Below, piece by piece: positions 40,019 to 49,543 of a DNA stretch of 64,000 nt. The stretch is from an uncultured Bacteroidales bacterium (GTDB lineage: Bacteria > Bacteroidota > Bacteroidia > Bacteroidales > VadinHA17): positions 256,966 through 320,965 of the forward strand of contig CAVXEU010000005.1 of the NCBI GenBank assembly GCA_963760915.1, in the 5' to 3' direction. The position numbers and the translations under genes are program-made. Below the pieces are notes generated by a model that saw only the letters and a list, made by a program, of their open reading frames with translations, was not told the origin of the DNA and searched no databases. Position 1 is the first letter of the stretch; each line of letters begins with the position of its first letter.

Positions 40019-40492
40019 ATGAAGATCGCTTTATTGCAAACAGGCAAAACCACAGACAAGAATATTTCAGCGATAGTTGATCTTTATTCTTCCCGTATCA
40101 GGAAATATACCGGCTTTGATTTAATTACTCTGCCTGACCTGAAAAATACCAGGAACATGTCCGTTCAGGAACAGAAAACCAGGGAGGGGAAAAAAATAAT
40201 TCAGTCGGTCACAGCAGATGACTTTGTTATATTGCTTGATGAGAAAGGTAAAGAATTCAGAACAGTTGAATTTTCTGGATGGATTGAAAAAATTTTTATG
40301 TTGCCGAAAAAAAGGATAATTTTTGTTATTGGCGGGTCGTGGGGTTTTTCGGAAGAAGTTTACGACAGGAGCGATTTCAGAATTTCACTTTCGAAAATGA
40401 CCTTCCCTCATCAACTGGTACGATTATTGTTTCTTGAACAGCTTTACAGGGTATTTACAATCATCAATGGAGAGCCTTATCATCATGAATAA
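40019..40492 (+). CDS. rlmH: 23S rRNA (pseudouridine1915-N3)-methyltransferase
   Basis: 157 aa. SPOUT-type C-terminus FVIGGSWGFSEEV..LSLSKMTFPHQLVRLLFLEQLYR. Confidence 0.9.
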   Translation: MKIALLQTGKTTDKNISAIVDLYSSRIRKYTGFDLITLPDLKNTRNMSVQEQKTREGKKIIQSVTADDFVILLDEKGKEFRTVEFSGWIEKIFMLPKKRIIFVIGGSWGFSEEVYDRSDFRISLSKMTFPHQLVRLLFLEQLYRVFTIINGEPYHHE

Positions 40493-40509
40493 CTTATTAA
40501 AATCAGAAA

Positions 40510-43500
40510 ATGAGGGGTAAACATTTCAGGATATTTCTGATCATTCTTACTCTTGCATTGGTATTAATGGCAATTGCTGCAGAATCAGTTTATTTCAGCG
40601 ATTTTGAATACCGGTTCAGAACTAAGATGTTTAACAGAGAGCTCAGCTCCAAGGAAAAAATTATGGAGGATTGTCTCGAAGGTATGAGACCAATCCTTGC
40701 TAATGAAAACCATCACGGATCTGTATCAGAAAATAACCTTTTTTCAGAAGCAGGACAAAATAATATCACAATTCTCGAATATCTTGACAATACACTTTTT
40801 TATTGGTCTGATAACGGGTTTGATGTGCCCAGGCATCTTACAGACACAACTTACAATAAGCCTCTGGTCTTTTTACAGAACGGATGGTTTTTGCCAAAAA
40901 AAATACAGGCAGGGAATGAAACTATTGTTGGTTTGCTGAGATTACATACCGACTATGGTTTTGAAAATGATATTATTAAGAGTGGATTTGACAAAGAGTT
41001 CAGGATTCCCCAAAATGTAGGTTTCAGTACGGATAAAAAAGCATCAGCTTTTCATATTTTTGACAGAGAAGGTGATTTCCTTTTTTCGATTGTATTCCCT
41101 GAAACAAAGGAAAATACATATTTCATTCTCATTCCCTTATGCTTATGGTCGCTTGCATTAATTGTTTTTATACTGCTGATTCTTGAATTTGTAAAATGGT
41201 TTGTGAGTAAAGGAATGAATCGACTGGCAACTGGCTTTGTGTTATTAGTATTTTCTTCAATATATCTGCTTATACTCCTGACAGACAGGCCTTTGGTATT
41301 ACTGCAGACCAAGCTTTTTTCTCCTTACGTATTTTCATATAATTATATTATTCCCTCCCTGGGACATCTTTTGCTGTTAAGTATTCTTGCTGTGATATTT
41401 TCCTTCGTGTGTTACAGACATTTTCCGTTTAAAGAGCGGCAGGAAAGTACAGGGATAAAGAAATACCTTTTAGTATCAGTTTTGCTGATTGCAGGAGCAA
41501 TTCTATTTAGTCTGTTTCATTTGATCTTCAGCCAGCTTATTTCTACCTCAAACATTAATTTTGAAACTTATAAGGTTCTTGAACTCAGTATATTCAGCAT
41601 TGCTGGTTTTGTATCAGTATTCCTGTTGCTAATGGTTCCGATATTTTTTCTTCTAAAAATATTTCATGCTCTGAAAAATTTCCGGACCCGTACCATATTC
41701 ATATCGGCCATCCCTTCACTGTTAGTCATTGCAGCCATATTCCACAATGATACTGAAATTTTAATTCCACTTGAAATATTTTATATAGTTCTGACTGGAA
41801 GTATATGGATTTCAGGTAAAAAAAATGTAGGTATATTCAATACGACTGTTATTTTCTCAATGATTTTTGGTTTATATTCTCTCTATTTTATTACTATTCT
41901 TTCAGAAGAGAAGACAACCGATAACCTTAAGATTCAGGCTGTTTCTTTTTCTACAGAGAACGACCCGGAAGCTGAGCACCTTTTACTTGATCTGTGGCCT
42001 GCAATATCAGCTGACACTATTCTTAACAATATGATGAATGCTGAAAAATTCTATAAGGAGGACTTTGACAGAATTTACAAATATCTTCATGAAACATATT
42101 TCAGCGGGTATTGGGGTAATTTTAATTTTAGCATTGTACTTTGCCGTAATGATGAGTCGCTCCGGATTGGTCCGGGTAACGATCAGTCTGAAAACTGTTT
42201 CGGATTTTTCGATGAACGAATAAAACGAGACGGACATAAGCTTACCGGCACCAATTTCTATTTTATTGATAATCAGGGTGGCAGGTCATACTACCTGGGC
42301 CGTTTATTCTATAAGACAAAATGGAAAGTCACAAATGGATTGTTCATCGAACTGTACAGTGATGTAAATGTCTTCCAGCCCGGATATTCTGCTCTGCTGC
42401 TTGATAAAAAATATCACGGATATGCAGGACTGAAAGACTATTCCTTTGCGAAATATATAAACGGAGAGATGGTTCTGAGAACAGGTGAATTCCCATATGA
42501 TAAGACCGATGCGGAATATATAGATAAGAATTCAGAATACAGGATCTTTAAAAAAGACGGATATAAACATGTTCTTTACAAGAATGGCAATGCAACTGTT
42601 ATAATTTCACGCCCAGTCCTGACTGCAGGTGATATGATAATCTCCTTTGCTTATTTGTTTGGATTTATTCTTATTTTTTCGAACTTATCTGTTCTTCTGA
42701 TAAGACGGCCTTTGGTCAGGGGTGTAAATATTTTTAATTTCCGGCAAAAGCTGCAACTATCGTATATAGTGATACTTTTATTTTCCTTCATTCTTATAGG
42801 AGTTGTTGTTGCATTTTTAACAATAAGCCAGTACAGGTCGAAACATATAGAAAACATTAAGGAGAAACTAAATTCGGTTTATCTTGAGCTTGATAATAAG
42901 CTCTCGATGGAGAAGTATCTGTCTGCTGACTGGAGAAATAATAGTTATTCATCACTGAATGAGTTGCTTATATCACTTTCCAATATATTTAATACTGATA
43001 TCAATCTTTATAATCAGAGTGGTTTTCTAATAGGTACATCGCGCCCTGAGATTTTTTACCGCGATCTGACGAGTCAGAGGATAAATAATACTGCATTGAT
43101 AAATCTCAAACAACTAACCAGAAGTGAATTTTTTCAGAAGGAGAAAATAGGCAATCTTGAATATCTATCAGCTTATGTACCCTTTTTTAATACAGACGGC
43201 AATGTTCTTGCATTTTTGAATCTGCCATATTTCAGAATGCAAAGTGTTCTGGCAAAGGAGATATCAAATCTGATAGTTGCTGTTATTAATTTCACACTAC
43301 TTCTTATTGTTATTACAATGAGTCTTGCCGTGTTTATAAGCGGAAGGCTCACCGCACCTTTGGCAATGCTGAGCGAGGGCCTTGCATCTGTCGGTGTGGG
43401 TAAGAAAAGTGAACATCTTGCATACAGGGGGAATGATGAAATAGGGGAACTTGTTAAACAATATAACAGGATGGTTGATGAGATCGAAGAAAGCACCCAT

Positions 43501-44208
43501 AAGCTTGCCAATTCGGAAAGGGAGTATGCCTGGAGAGAGATGGCCAAGCAGATAGCACATGAGATCAAGAATCCTCTTACGCCTATGAAGCTGAATGTTC
43601 AGCAGCTGTTCAAATCGTGGAACGATAGAGCTCCTGGATTTGAAAAAAAGCTTGAGCTGTTTACAAGGAACCAGATTGAATATATTGATAACCTCTCGTC
43701 TATCGCGTCAGCATTTTCAGCTTTTGCAAAAATGCCGGGAACAAATCCCATGGAGATAAATTTGCTTGATCAGATTAAAACAACCCTTGAGCTTTTCAAG
43801 AATACCGACAATATTACTTTCGAAGTGCATTGGCCTCATGAGACCAGGGTAATGGTTTATGCAGATAAAGAGCACCTAAACGGAGTTTTTTCTAATCTCA
43901 TAAAGAACGGCATACAGTCAATTCCCCAGGGCAGGGAGGGTTTGATAAAAGTTAACACAGAAGTGAAAAGAGATACAGTAGTGGTTACAATAGCGGACAA
44001 TGGGACCGGGATACCTGAAGAGCTGCAGAAAAAGCTTTTCACGCCTAACTTCACAACCAAATCCTCGGGGATGGGTTTGGGATTATCGATAGTTAAAAAA
44101 TATATTGAAAGTGCCAAGGGTAGAATATGGTTTGAATCGGAAGCTGATAAAGGTGCTGTCTTTTATGTTGAACTGCCTTTGAAATATACTGTTGAAAAAT
44201 TGAGATAA
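40510..44208 (+). CDS. Large multi-TM sensor histidine kinase (no receiver domain)
   Basis: 1232 aa with about 11 hydrophobic segments separating three extracytoplasmic regions. It has a HAMP-like linker, H-box AHEIKNPLTPM, N-box SNLIKNGIQS, and G-boxes DNGTGIPEE and GMGLGLSIVKKY. Confidence 0.85.
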   Translation: MRGKHFRIFLIILTLALVLMAIAAESVYFSDFEYRFRTKMFNRELSSKEKIMEDCLEGMRPILANENHHGSVSENNLFSEAGQNNITILEYLDNTLFYWSDNGFDVPRHLTDTTYNKPLVFLQNGWFLPKKIQAGNETIVGLLRLHTDYGFENDIIKSGFDKEFRIPQNVGFSTDKKASAFHIFDREGDFLFSIVFPETKENTYFILIPLCLWSLALIVFILLILEFVKWFVSKGMNRLATGFVLLVFSSIYLLILLTDRPLVLLQTKLFSPYVFSYNYIIPSLGHLLLLSILAVIFSFVCYRHFPFKERQESTGIKKYLLVSVLLIAGAILFSLFHLIFSQLISTSNINFETYKVLELSIFSIAGFVSVFLLLMVPIFFLLKIFHALKNFRTRTIFISAIPSLLVIAAIFHNDTEILIPLEIFYIVLTGSIWISGKKNVGIFNTTVIFSMIFGLYSLYFITILSEEKTTDNLKIQAVSFSTENDPEAEHLLLDLWPAISADTILNNMMNAEKFYKEDFDRIYKYLHETYFSGYWGNFNFSIVLCRNDESLRIGPGNDQSENCFGFFDERIKRDGHKLTGTNFYFIDNQGGRSYYLGRLFYKTKWKVTNGLFIELYSDVNVFQPGYSALLLDKKYHGYAGLKDYSFAKYINGEMVLRTGEFPYDKTDAEYIDKNSEYRIFKKDGYKHVLYKNGNATVIISRPVLTAGDMIISFAYLFGFILIFSNLSVLLIRRPLVRGVNIFNFRQKLQLSYIVILLFSFILIGVVVAFLTISQYRSKHIENIKEKLNSVYLELDNKLSMEKYLSADWRNNSYSSLNELLISLSNIFNTDINLYNQSGFLIGTSRPEIFYRDLTSQRINNTALINLKQLTRSEFFQKEKIGNLEYLSAYVPFFNTDGNVLAFLNLPYFRMQSVLAKEISNLIVAVINFTLLLIVITMSLAVFISGRLTAPLAMLSEGLASVGVGKKSEHLAYRGNDEIGELVKQYNRMVDEIEESTHKLANSEREYAWREMAKQIAHEIKNPLTPMKLNVQQLFKSWNDRAPGFEKKLELFTRNQIEYIDNLSSIASAFSAFAKMPGTNPMEINLLDQIKTTLELFKNTDNITFEVHWPHETRVMVYADKEHLNGVFSNLIKNGIQSIPQGREGLIKVNTEVKRDTVVVTIADNGTGIPEELQKKLFTPNFTTKSSGMGLGLSIVKKYIESAKGRIWFESEADKGAVFYVELPLKYTVEKLR

Positions 44209-44282
44209 TCAGGGGTTCACCGAATATTTGCAATTGAATTATTCAATATATTACTTATATTAGCAGTTCATATAAGGTTTTA

Positions 44283-47200
44283 ATGCCAGGAAGGTCGTAC
44301 CGCAATATAAAAATGATATTTATTAGTCTGTTAATTCTTTCAGGATTAACTGTATCCGTATTTTCTCAGGATGTAAAAATAGGTGGAATAATAAATGGTT
44401 ACAAACATGTTACAATGGTCGGCCCGGGTACTGATAATGTAACTTTAAACAATATCGATGGCATAACATCCGGAGATACAGTACTTCTTATCCAGATGCA
44501 GGGGGTAGGGATCAGTACTTCAGACGGTATATACGGACAGGGTGTAATTGATACGATCGGAAAGCCCGGCGGGTATGAATTTCTTCTTGTCGGGGCAGTA
44601 GATAATGGTACAAAGAAGGTTTTTTTTACCAGGAATATTCTTAATTCATTTGATGTTAGAGGGAATGTTCAGCTTATACAGGTTCCTTGCTATACCGCAG
44701 CCACAGTTACGGCGACTGTTACCTCCAAATCGTGGGACGACACTGACAAGACGGGTGGTGTTGTAGCGATGATCGTGGGAGGGAAGCTCAGGCTGGATGC
44801 AGATATTGATGTTTCGGGGCAAGGCTTCAAAGGGGGAAAAGATACTATCGGGATTGGCGAATGTGTAATGGTCAATCAGACAGCCAACAGCCATGATTCA
44901 TATCCCCGTACATGGTTAAATGCAGGTTACAAGGGTGAAGGAATCGCAAATTATGATGAGTTAAGAAATCTGTTATACCCGCTTCATGCTAAAGGACAAG
45001 GGATAAACCTGACTGGTGGCGGCGGCGGTAATGGCAAGTATTCGGGCGGCGGTGGCGGATCGAACAGAGGTAAAGGAGGTGACGGTACCTATGAAAAAAA
45101 CCTGGGAGTTGGGTCCTGTCCCGACTTTCAGCCCGGGGCTTTTGGTGGAACCACGGTATTGGCATCCGTAATAGAGAATGACTTTTTCATGGGAGGAGGT
45201 GGCGGATCATCAACTCATGCTTTAGGATCATCAGGATCATCCGGCGGAAACGGTGGAGGAATCATCATCATCATTGCCGATACTATATCCGGTAACGGTC
45301 ATTTTCTTAAGGCAGATGGACAAACAGCAGCAAATGCGGATGGAGACGGTGGAGCAGGAGGAGGAGGAGCAGGCGGGTCCGTAATTCTTACTTTACAAAG
45401 CTTTTCATCTGACCCTGCCGATTTATTGACAGTTTCAGTAAAGGGAGGCAACGGAGGTATTAACCCGGCCGGATATGGAAATGGCGGTGGTGGCGGTGGT
45501 GGCCTGGTATGGCTGAGTACACCAACAAAGCCTGCAAAAGTTTCAGTGGACTACAATTATGGATCGCCGGGAACAACAGATGGTAATGGCGATATTAGAT
45601 ACAATTTTATTCCAAAACTCAACGGATTCCTTTTTAACACAATCCGCTCATCGGTAACCGGAAATCAGGTCGATTCGATATGTTCAAATGTACCCTTCGG
45701 TCAGATTACGGGAACAGTGCCGGTTGGAGGTACCTCTCCTTATACTTTTCAATGGGAAAGAAGTATACTGCCAGACACTACTAATTTCAGCCCCGCAGCC
45801 GGAATCAATAACCAGCAGAATTATTCTCCCGGATTATTATCACAGACAACCTGGTTCAGGCGGACTGTAACAGACCAGGGTACCCCTGTCATTACCGATA
45901 TAAGCAATCCTGTTAAAATCATAGTTCAGCAAGCCATCACAGGTAACCTGGTTGGGAACGACGCAACGATTTGTTATAATCAGGTTCCTGTCAGTTTAGT
46001 CCCTCTAAATGCGGGACCGGCAAATGGCAGCAGTTATAATTACTATTATTATAAATGGATTCAGAATAATACTAATGCAAATTGGGATACATCACCTGAC
46101 GCATCAGGTATTAATAATTCACCTTCAGGAAGTTACGATCCTCCGGCACTGACCGATACAACTTACTACCAGCGTGTTGTAACATCAGGCCGTTGTATTG
46201 ATTACAGTCCTACAGTGACAATAACAGTTCTTCCATTAATTACGGGAAACATAACCACACGCTCCGATTCGGTGATTTGTGAAGGGGCTCAGTTCGTCCC
46301 TCTCAGCGCATCAGCTGCCGGAGGTGGCAATGCAACTTATCTTTATCAGTGGCAGGACAGTGCAGCCTCTTCAGTATCATTTTTGCCTGCTGCAGGAGTC
46401 AATACCGGTATTACTTATCTTCCCGACACCTCAACCTTTGCAGTTACTGAGCAAAGATTCCTGAGAAGAGTTGTGTTTTCCGGACCGTTAAATGTCTGTA
46501 AAAGCCAGAGTGAGCCAATTCTTCTCACGAGGTATCATAAAATAATTAATAATTCCATTCTTGCCGATCAGACGATCTGTTCCGGTGATACTCCTCTTCC
46601 TCTCACAGGTCTGACTCCGGCACAAGGCAAAGCAGGGGAATATACGTATGTCTGGCAGGACAGTATCAGGCAGGGAGTCTGGACCACCAGGGCCACAACA
46701 CCATTGACCTTTTCTCCTCCGGCCCTCACTGATTCAACATGGTACAGAAGGATTGTATACTCAGGTGTTTACAAATCATTGCCAGTATGTACAAGTACCA
46801 GTCCTCTTTTAAGGATAGCCGTTCATAAGCCAATAGAAAATAATAATATATCATTAATTTCCGGCAATTTTTCTGATACAACTATCTGTAACGGACAGAT
46901 ACCTCATCAGCTTCTGGGAACTGTTCCGACAGGTGGGACAGATTTGCCCGGAGATTATATTTATCAATGGAAATATTCAACAGATAATTCCATATTCATT
47001 CCGGTACCTTCAGGAGGTATTGGAGCCAGCTATCAGCCCCTTTCCCTCACAGCAACAACCTATTTCAAAAGGGAGGTCACATCAGGAACCTGTCCGGGAG
47101 AAAGCAATGTAATTACGGTTAATGTCCTTCCTTCAATAACCGGGAATACAATATCTGCCAATCAGACAGTGTGTTATAATACATCCCCAGCTCAATTGAC

Positions 47201-48527
47201 AAGTGCTGATATCCTGGGTGGGGGAAATGGCGCAGGGTCTTACACGTTCTATTGGGAGCAGAGCCTGAATAATGGGATCACATGGACAGCTGCATCAGGT
47301 ACAAATAATTCCCCGGCGGGAGAATATTCTCCACCGGTACTTACTGTTCCTGTTAAGTACAGACGTACAGCAACATCAGGAGCAAACGGATGTTGTACTT
47401 CAGTATCAAATGTTATTGATATTTCAATATACCCGCCATTACCAACAGGTACAATTACAAGTACTGCCGATACTACGATATGTGAAGGTTCCAAAGTCCG
47501 TTTAAATATTCATTTAACGGGTCAGACAAAATGGAATGTAAGATATCTTGAAAACTCGGTTCTGAGCAACCCTGTATCAATTGCGGCAACCGATACAACT
47601 TTACTTGTAAGTCCTGTAACAGGAACTGCCCTTACCATTTTTAATTATTCGCTTGAATCTGTTGTGGACAGGAATGGATGTAATGCTGTCGTTCTTGACG
47701 GGAGCAGGAAGGCAACCGTTTATAAGGTTCCGGTAGCCGATGCTGGTATTGACAGATCAGTCTGCGGGCCGGTTGTAAATCTGGCAGCAACTCCATCGGT
47801 AGGAACAGGAGCCTGGTATTATCCTTCGGCTGTTATTGCTTCTACAATCAATAGTCCTTCATCAATTACAGTTACAATAGATTCAACTTTCAGCGGTGGT
47901 GATATTTCACATAAATTTTACTGGGAGGAGATCAACTGGCAGTGCAGGAACAAAGATTCTGTAACTATCACTTTCGATAAGCGGGTGAGTTCTGTTGATG
48001 CAGGAGCTGACACCAGTATTTACTCATTTGATAATACAATTCAAATGTCTGCCGGTCCTCTTTTATCCTGGCAGACAGGCCTGTGGACTGTTGAAAGCGG
48101 TTCAGGCATTATTAATCCTGCAACAGGTAACCATGCAGAAGTTTCAAATCTGGCGACAGGGCAGAATATTTTCCTTTGGACAGTTACTAACGGAGAATGC
48201 CACAATCAGGATCAGGTGAATATTCTTGTTCATAATGAGTTTATACCAAAGGGATTTTCGCCTAACGATGATCAGATAAATGATACATTTATTATAGAAG
48301 GATTGACACCTGATCTGGAAGCTGAATTCAGAGTTGTTAACGGAGCTGGTACAGAGGTGTTTTCAACAGGCAATTTAAATGGTCAGGTATGGAAGGACTG
48401 GGATGGAAAGAATTCAAATGGTGCAGGTCTTCCTGAAGGTACCTACTATTATTTGCTCAAGGTAACTTCGAAAATCACCGGTCAGGTTTTCAAGCGAAGC
48501 GGATTTATTATGCTTAAGAGGTATTGA
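44283..48527 (+). CDS. T9SS type-B (gliding-motility-associated) C-terminal-domain cargo protein, 1414 aa
   Basis: Signal peptide, a glycine-rich N-terminal domain, six or seven tandem modules of about 95 aa bounded by Cys, and a C-terminus FIPKGFSPNDDQINDTFIIEG...WDGKNSNGAGLPEGTYYYLLKV typical of the type-B CTD. Confidence 0.85.
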   Translation: MPGRSYRNIKMIFISLLILSGLTVSVFSQDVKIGGIINGYKHVTMVGPGTDNVTLNNIDGITSGDTVLLIQMQGVGISTSDGIYGQGVIDTIGKPGGYEFLLVGAVDNGTKKVFFTRNILNSFDVRGNVQLIQVPCYTAATVTATVTSKSWDDTDKTGGVVAMIVGGKLRLDADIDVSGQGFKGGKDTIGIGECVMVNQTANSHDSYPRTWLNAGYKGEGIANYDELRNLLYPLHAKGQGINLTGGGGGNGKYSGGGGGSNRGKGGDGTYEKNLGVGSCPDFQPGAFGGTTVLASVIENDFFMGGGGGSSTHALGSSGSSGGNGGGIIIIIADTISGNGHFLKADGQTAANADGDGGAGGGGAGGSVILTLQSFSSDPADLLTVSVKGGNGGINPAGYGNGGGGGGGLVWLSTPTKPAKVSVDYNYGSPGTTDGNGDIRYNFIPKLNGFLFNTIRSSVTGNQVDSICSNVPFGQITGTVPVGGTSPYTFQWERSILPDTTNFSPAAGINNQQNYSPGLLSQTTWFRRTVTDQGTPVITDISNPVKIIVQQAITGNLVGNDATICYNQVPVSLVPLNAGPANGSSYNYYYYKWIQNNTNANWDTSPDASGINNSPSGSYDPPALTDTTYYQRVVTSGRCIDYSPTVTITVLPLITGNITTRSDSVICEGAQFVPLSASAAGGGNATYLYQWQDSAASSVSFLPAAGVNTGITYLPDTSTFAVTEQRFLRRVVFSGPLNVCKSQSEPILLTRYHKIINNSILADQTICSGDTPLPLTGLTPAQGKAGEYTYVWQDSIRQGVWTTRATTPLTFSPPALTDSTWYRRIVYSGVYKSLPVCTSTSPLLRIAVHKPIENNNISLISGNFSDTTICNGQIPHQLLGTVPTGGTDLPGDYIYQWKYSTDNSIFIPVPSGGIGASYQPLSLTATTYFKREVTSGTCPGESNVITVNVLPSITGNTISANQTVCYNTSPAQLTSADILGGGNGAGSYTFYWEQSLNNGITWTAASGTNNSPAGEYSPPVLTVPVKYRRTATSGANGCCTSVSNVIDISIYPPLPTGTITSTADTTICEGSKVRLNIHLTGQTKWNVRYLENSVLSNPVSIAATDTTLLVSPVTGTALTIFNYSLESVVDRNGCNAVVLDGSRKATVYKVPVADAGIDRSVCGPVVNLAATPSVGTGAWYYPSAVIASTINSPSSITVTIDSTFSGGDISHKFYWEEINWQCRNKDSVTITFDKRVSSVDAGADTSIYSFDNTIQMSAGPLLSWQTGLWTVESGSGIINPATGNHAEVSNLATGQNIFLWTVTNGECHNQDQVNILVHNEFIPKGFSPNDDQINDTFIIEGLTPDLEAEFRVVNGAGTEVFSTGNLNGQVWKDWDGKNSNGAGLPEGTYYYLLKVTSKITGQVFKRSGFIMLKRY

Positions 48528-48567
48528 TTGAAATATTAATTAAAAATTGCTCAATGATTTTCTTCAA

Positions 48568-49539
48568 ATGAATAAGTTAAAGCTAATATTACTCTCACTG
48601 TTTTTATTTGCTTTCCTGAAGGCTACTTGTCAGGCTATTCCTGACTCTACGGGTATAAGTCTTGGATATCCTGTGTATAGTCAATACCTTCAGAATGGTC
48701 TTGTTATTAATCCTGCTTATACTGGCTCAAGGGGAGCGCTCAGCACTTTCTTATCTTACAGAATTCAGTGGATGGGTATTAAGGATTCTCCTGTTCTCCA
48801 GTCTGTATCGCTGCATACTCCTATGAAAAATGACAGGGTAGCACTTGGCTTAATGGCTCAGTTCATGCAATTCGGGTTCACGAAGGCAACAAGCTTATAT
48901 GCCAGTTATGCTTACTCCATCAGGGTTGCAAACGGGAAACTTTCATTTGGGCTTAAAGCAGGTGCTGATATGTCAAACACCGTTTACCCTGATAACAGCA
49001 CTGACAGATTTCTTACAACCTCAAATGACCCTGTCTTTGTAAATGATAAACCATACATTCTTCCTAATGTTGGTGCTGGAATGTACTATTACAGCGATAG
49101 GCTGTTTGCCGGAGTATCCGTACCTTCATTTCTGAGTTACAGAAAGACCGGGACAGGATCCGTTCAGGCTTATCATAGCTTCAATGAATATGATATTCTC
49201 TTTTCAGCCGGCGGACTTGTTATATTTTCAGATTTTTTAAAATTCAAACCCTCGTTTCTTATTGACTATTCTTTAGAGAACCCAAAGAAACTTACCCGGT
49301 TGGATATAAATGGTAATTTTATTTTAGCGGATCTTATATGGATAGGAGGAGCCTGGAGAACTTCAGAGGAGGTTGCAGTCGGTATTCTTCAGGTTCAGCT
49401 TAATCCACAGCTTATGTTCGGCTTTTCTTATGATTATCCGGTCGGAATGATGAATTCTTATTCAAAGGGATCAAGTGAATTTGTACTAAGATATGAATTT
49501 GGTTATAAGGTAAGTGCAGCTAATCCGCGGTATTTCTAA
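48568..49539 (+). CDS. PorP/SprF-family type IX secretion membrane protein
   Basis: Signal peptide (MNKLKLILLSLFLFAF) and the family N-terminal block YPVYSQYLQNGLVINPAYTG. Beta-barrel-like, ending ..AANPRYF. I prefer the ATG at 48568 over the TTG at 48547. Confidence 0.85.
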   Translation: MNKLKLILLSLFLFAFLKATCQAIPDSTGISLGYPVYSQYLQNGLVINPAYTGSRGALSTFLSYRIQWMGIKDSPVLQSVSLHTPMKNDRVALGLMAQFMQFGFTKATSLYASYAYSIRVANGKLSFGLKAGADMSNTVYPDNSTDRFLTTSNDPVFVNDKPYILPNVGAGMYYYSDRLFAGVSVPSFLSYRKTGTGSVQAYHSFNEYDILFSAGGLVIFSDFLKFKPSFLIDYSLENPKKLTRLDINGNFILADLIWIGGAWRTSEEVAVGILQVQLNPQLMFGFSYDYPVGMMNSYSKGSSEFVLRYEFGYKVSAANPRYF

Positions 49540-49543
49540 TTTT

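Noticed and set aside
45000-45520. GGC/GGT/GGA-rich microsatellite-like stretches
   Set aside because: They are in-frame glycine runs of the 1414-aa cargo protein with mixed codons. There is no perfect tandem tract long enough for slipped-strand phase variation.
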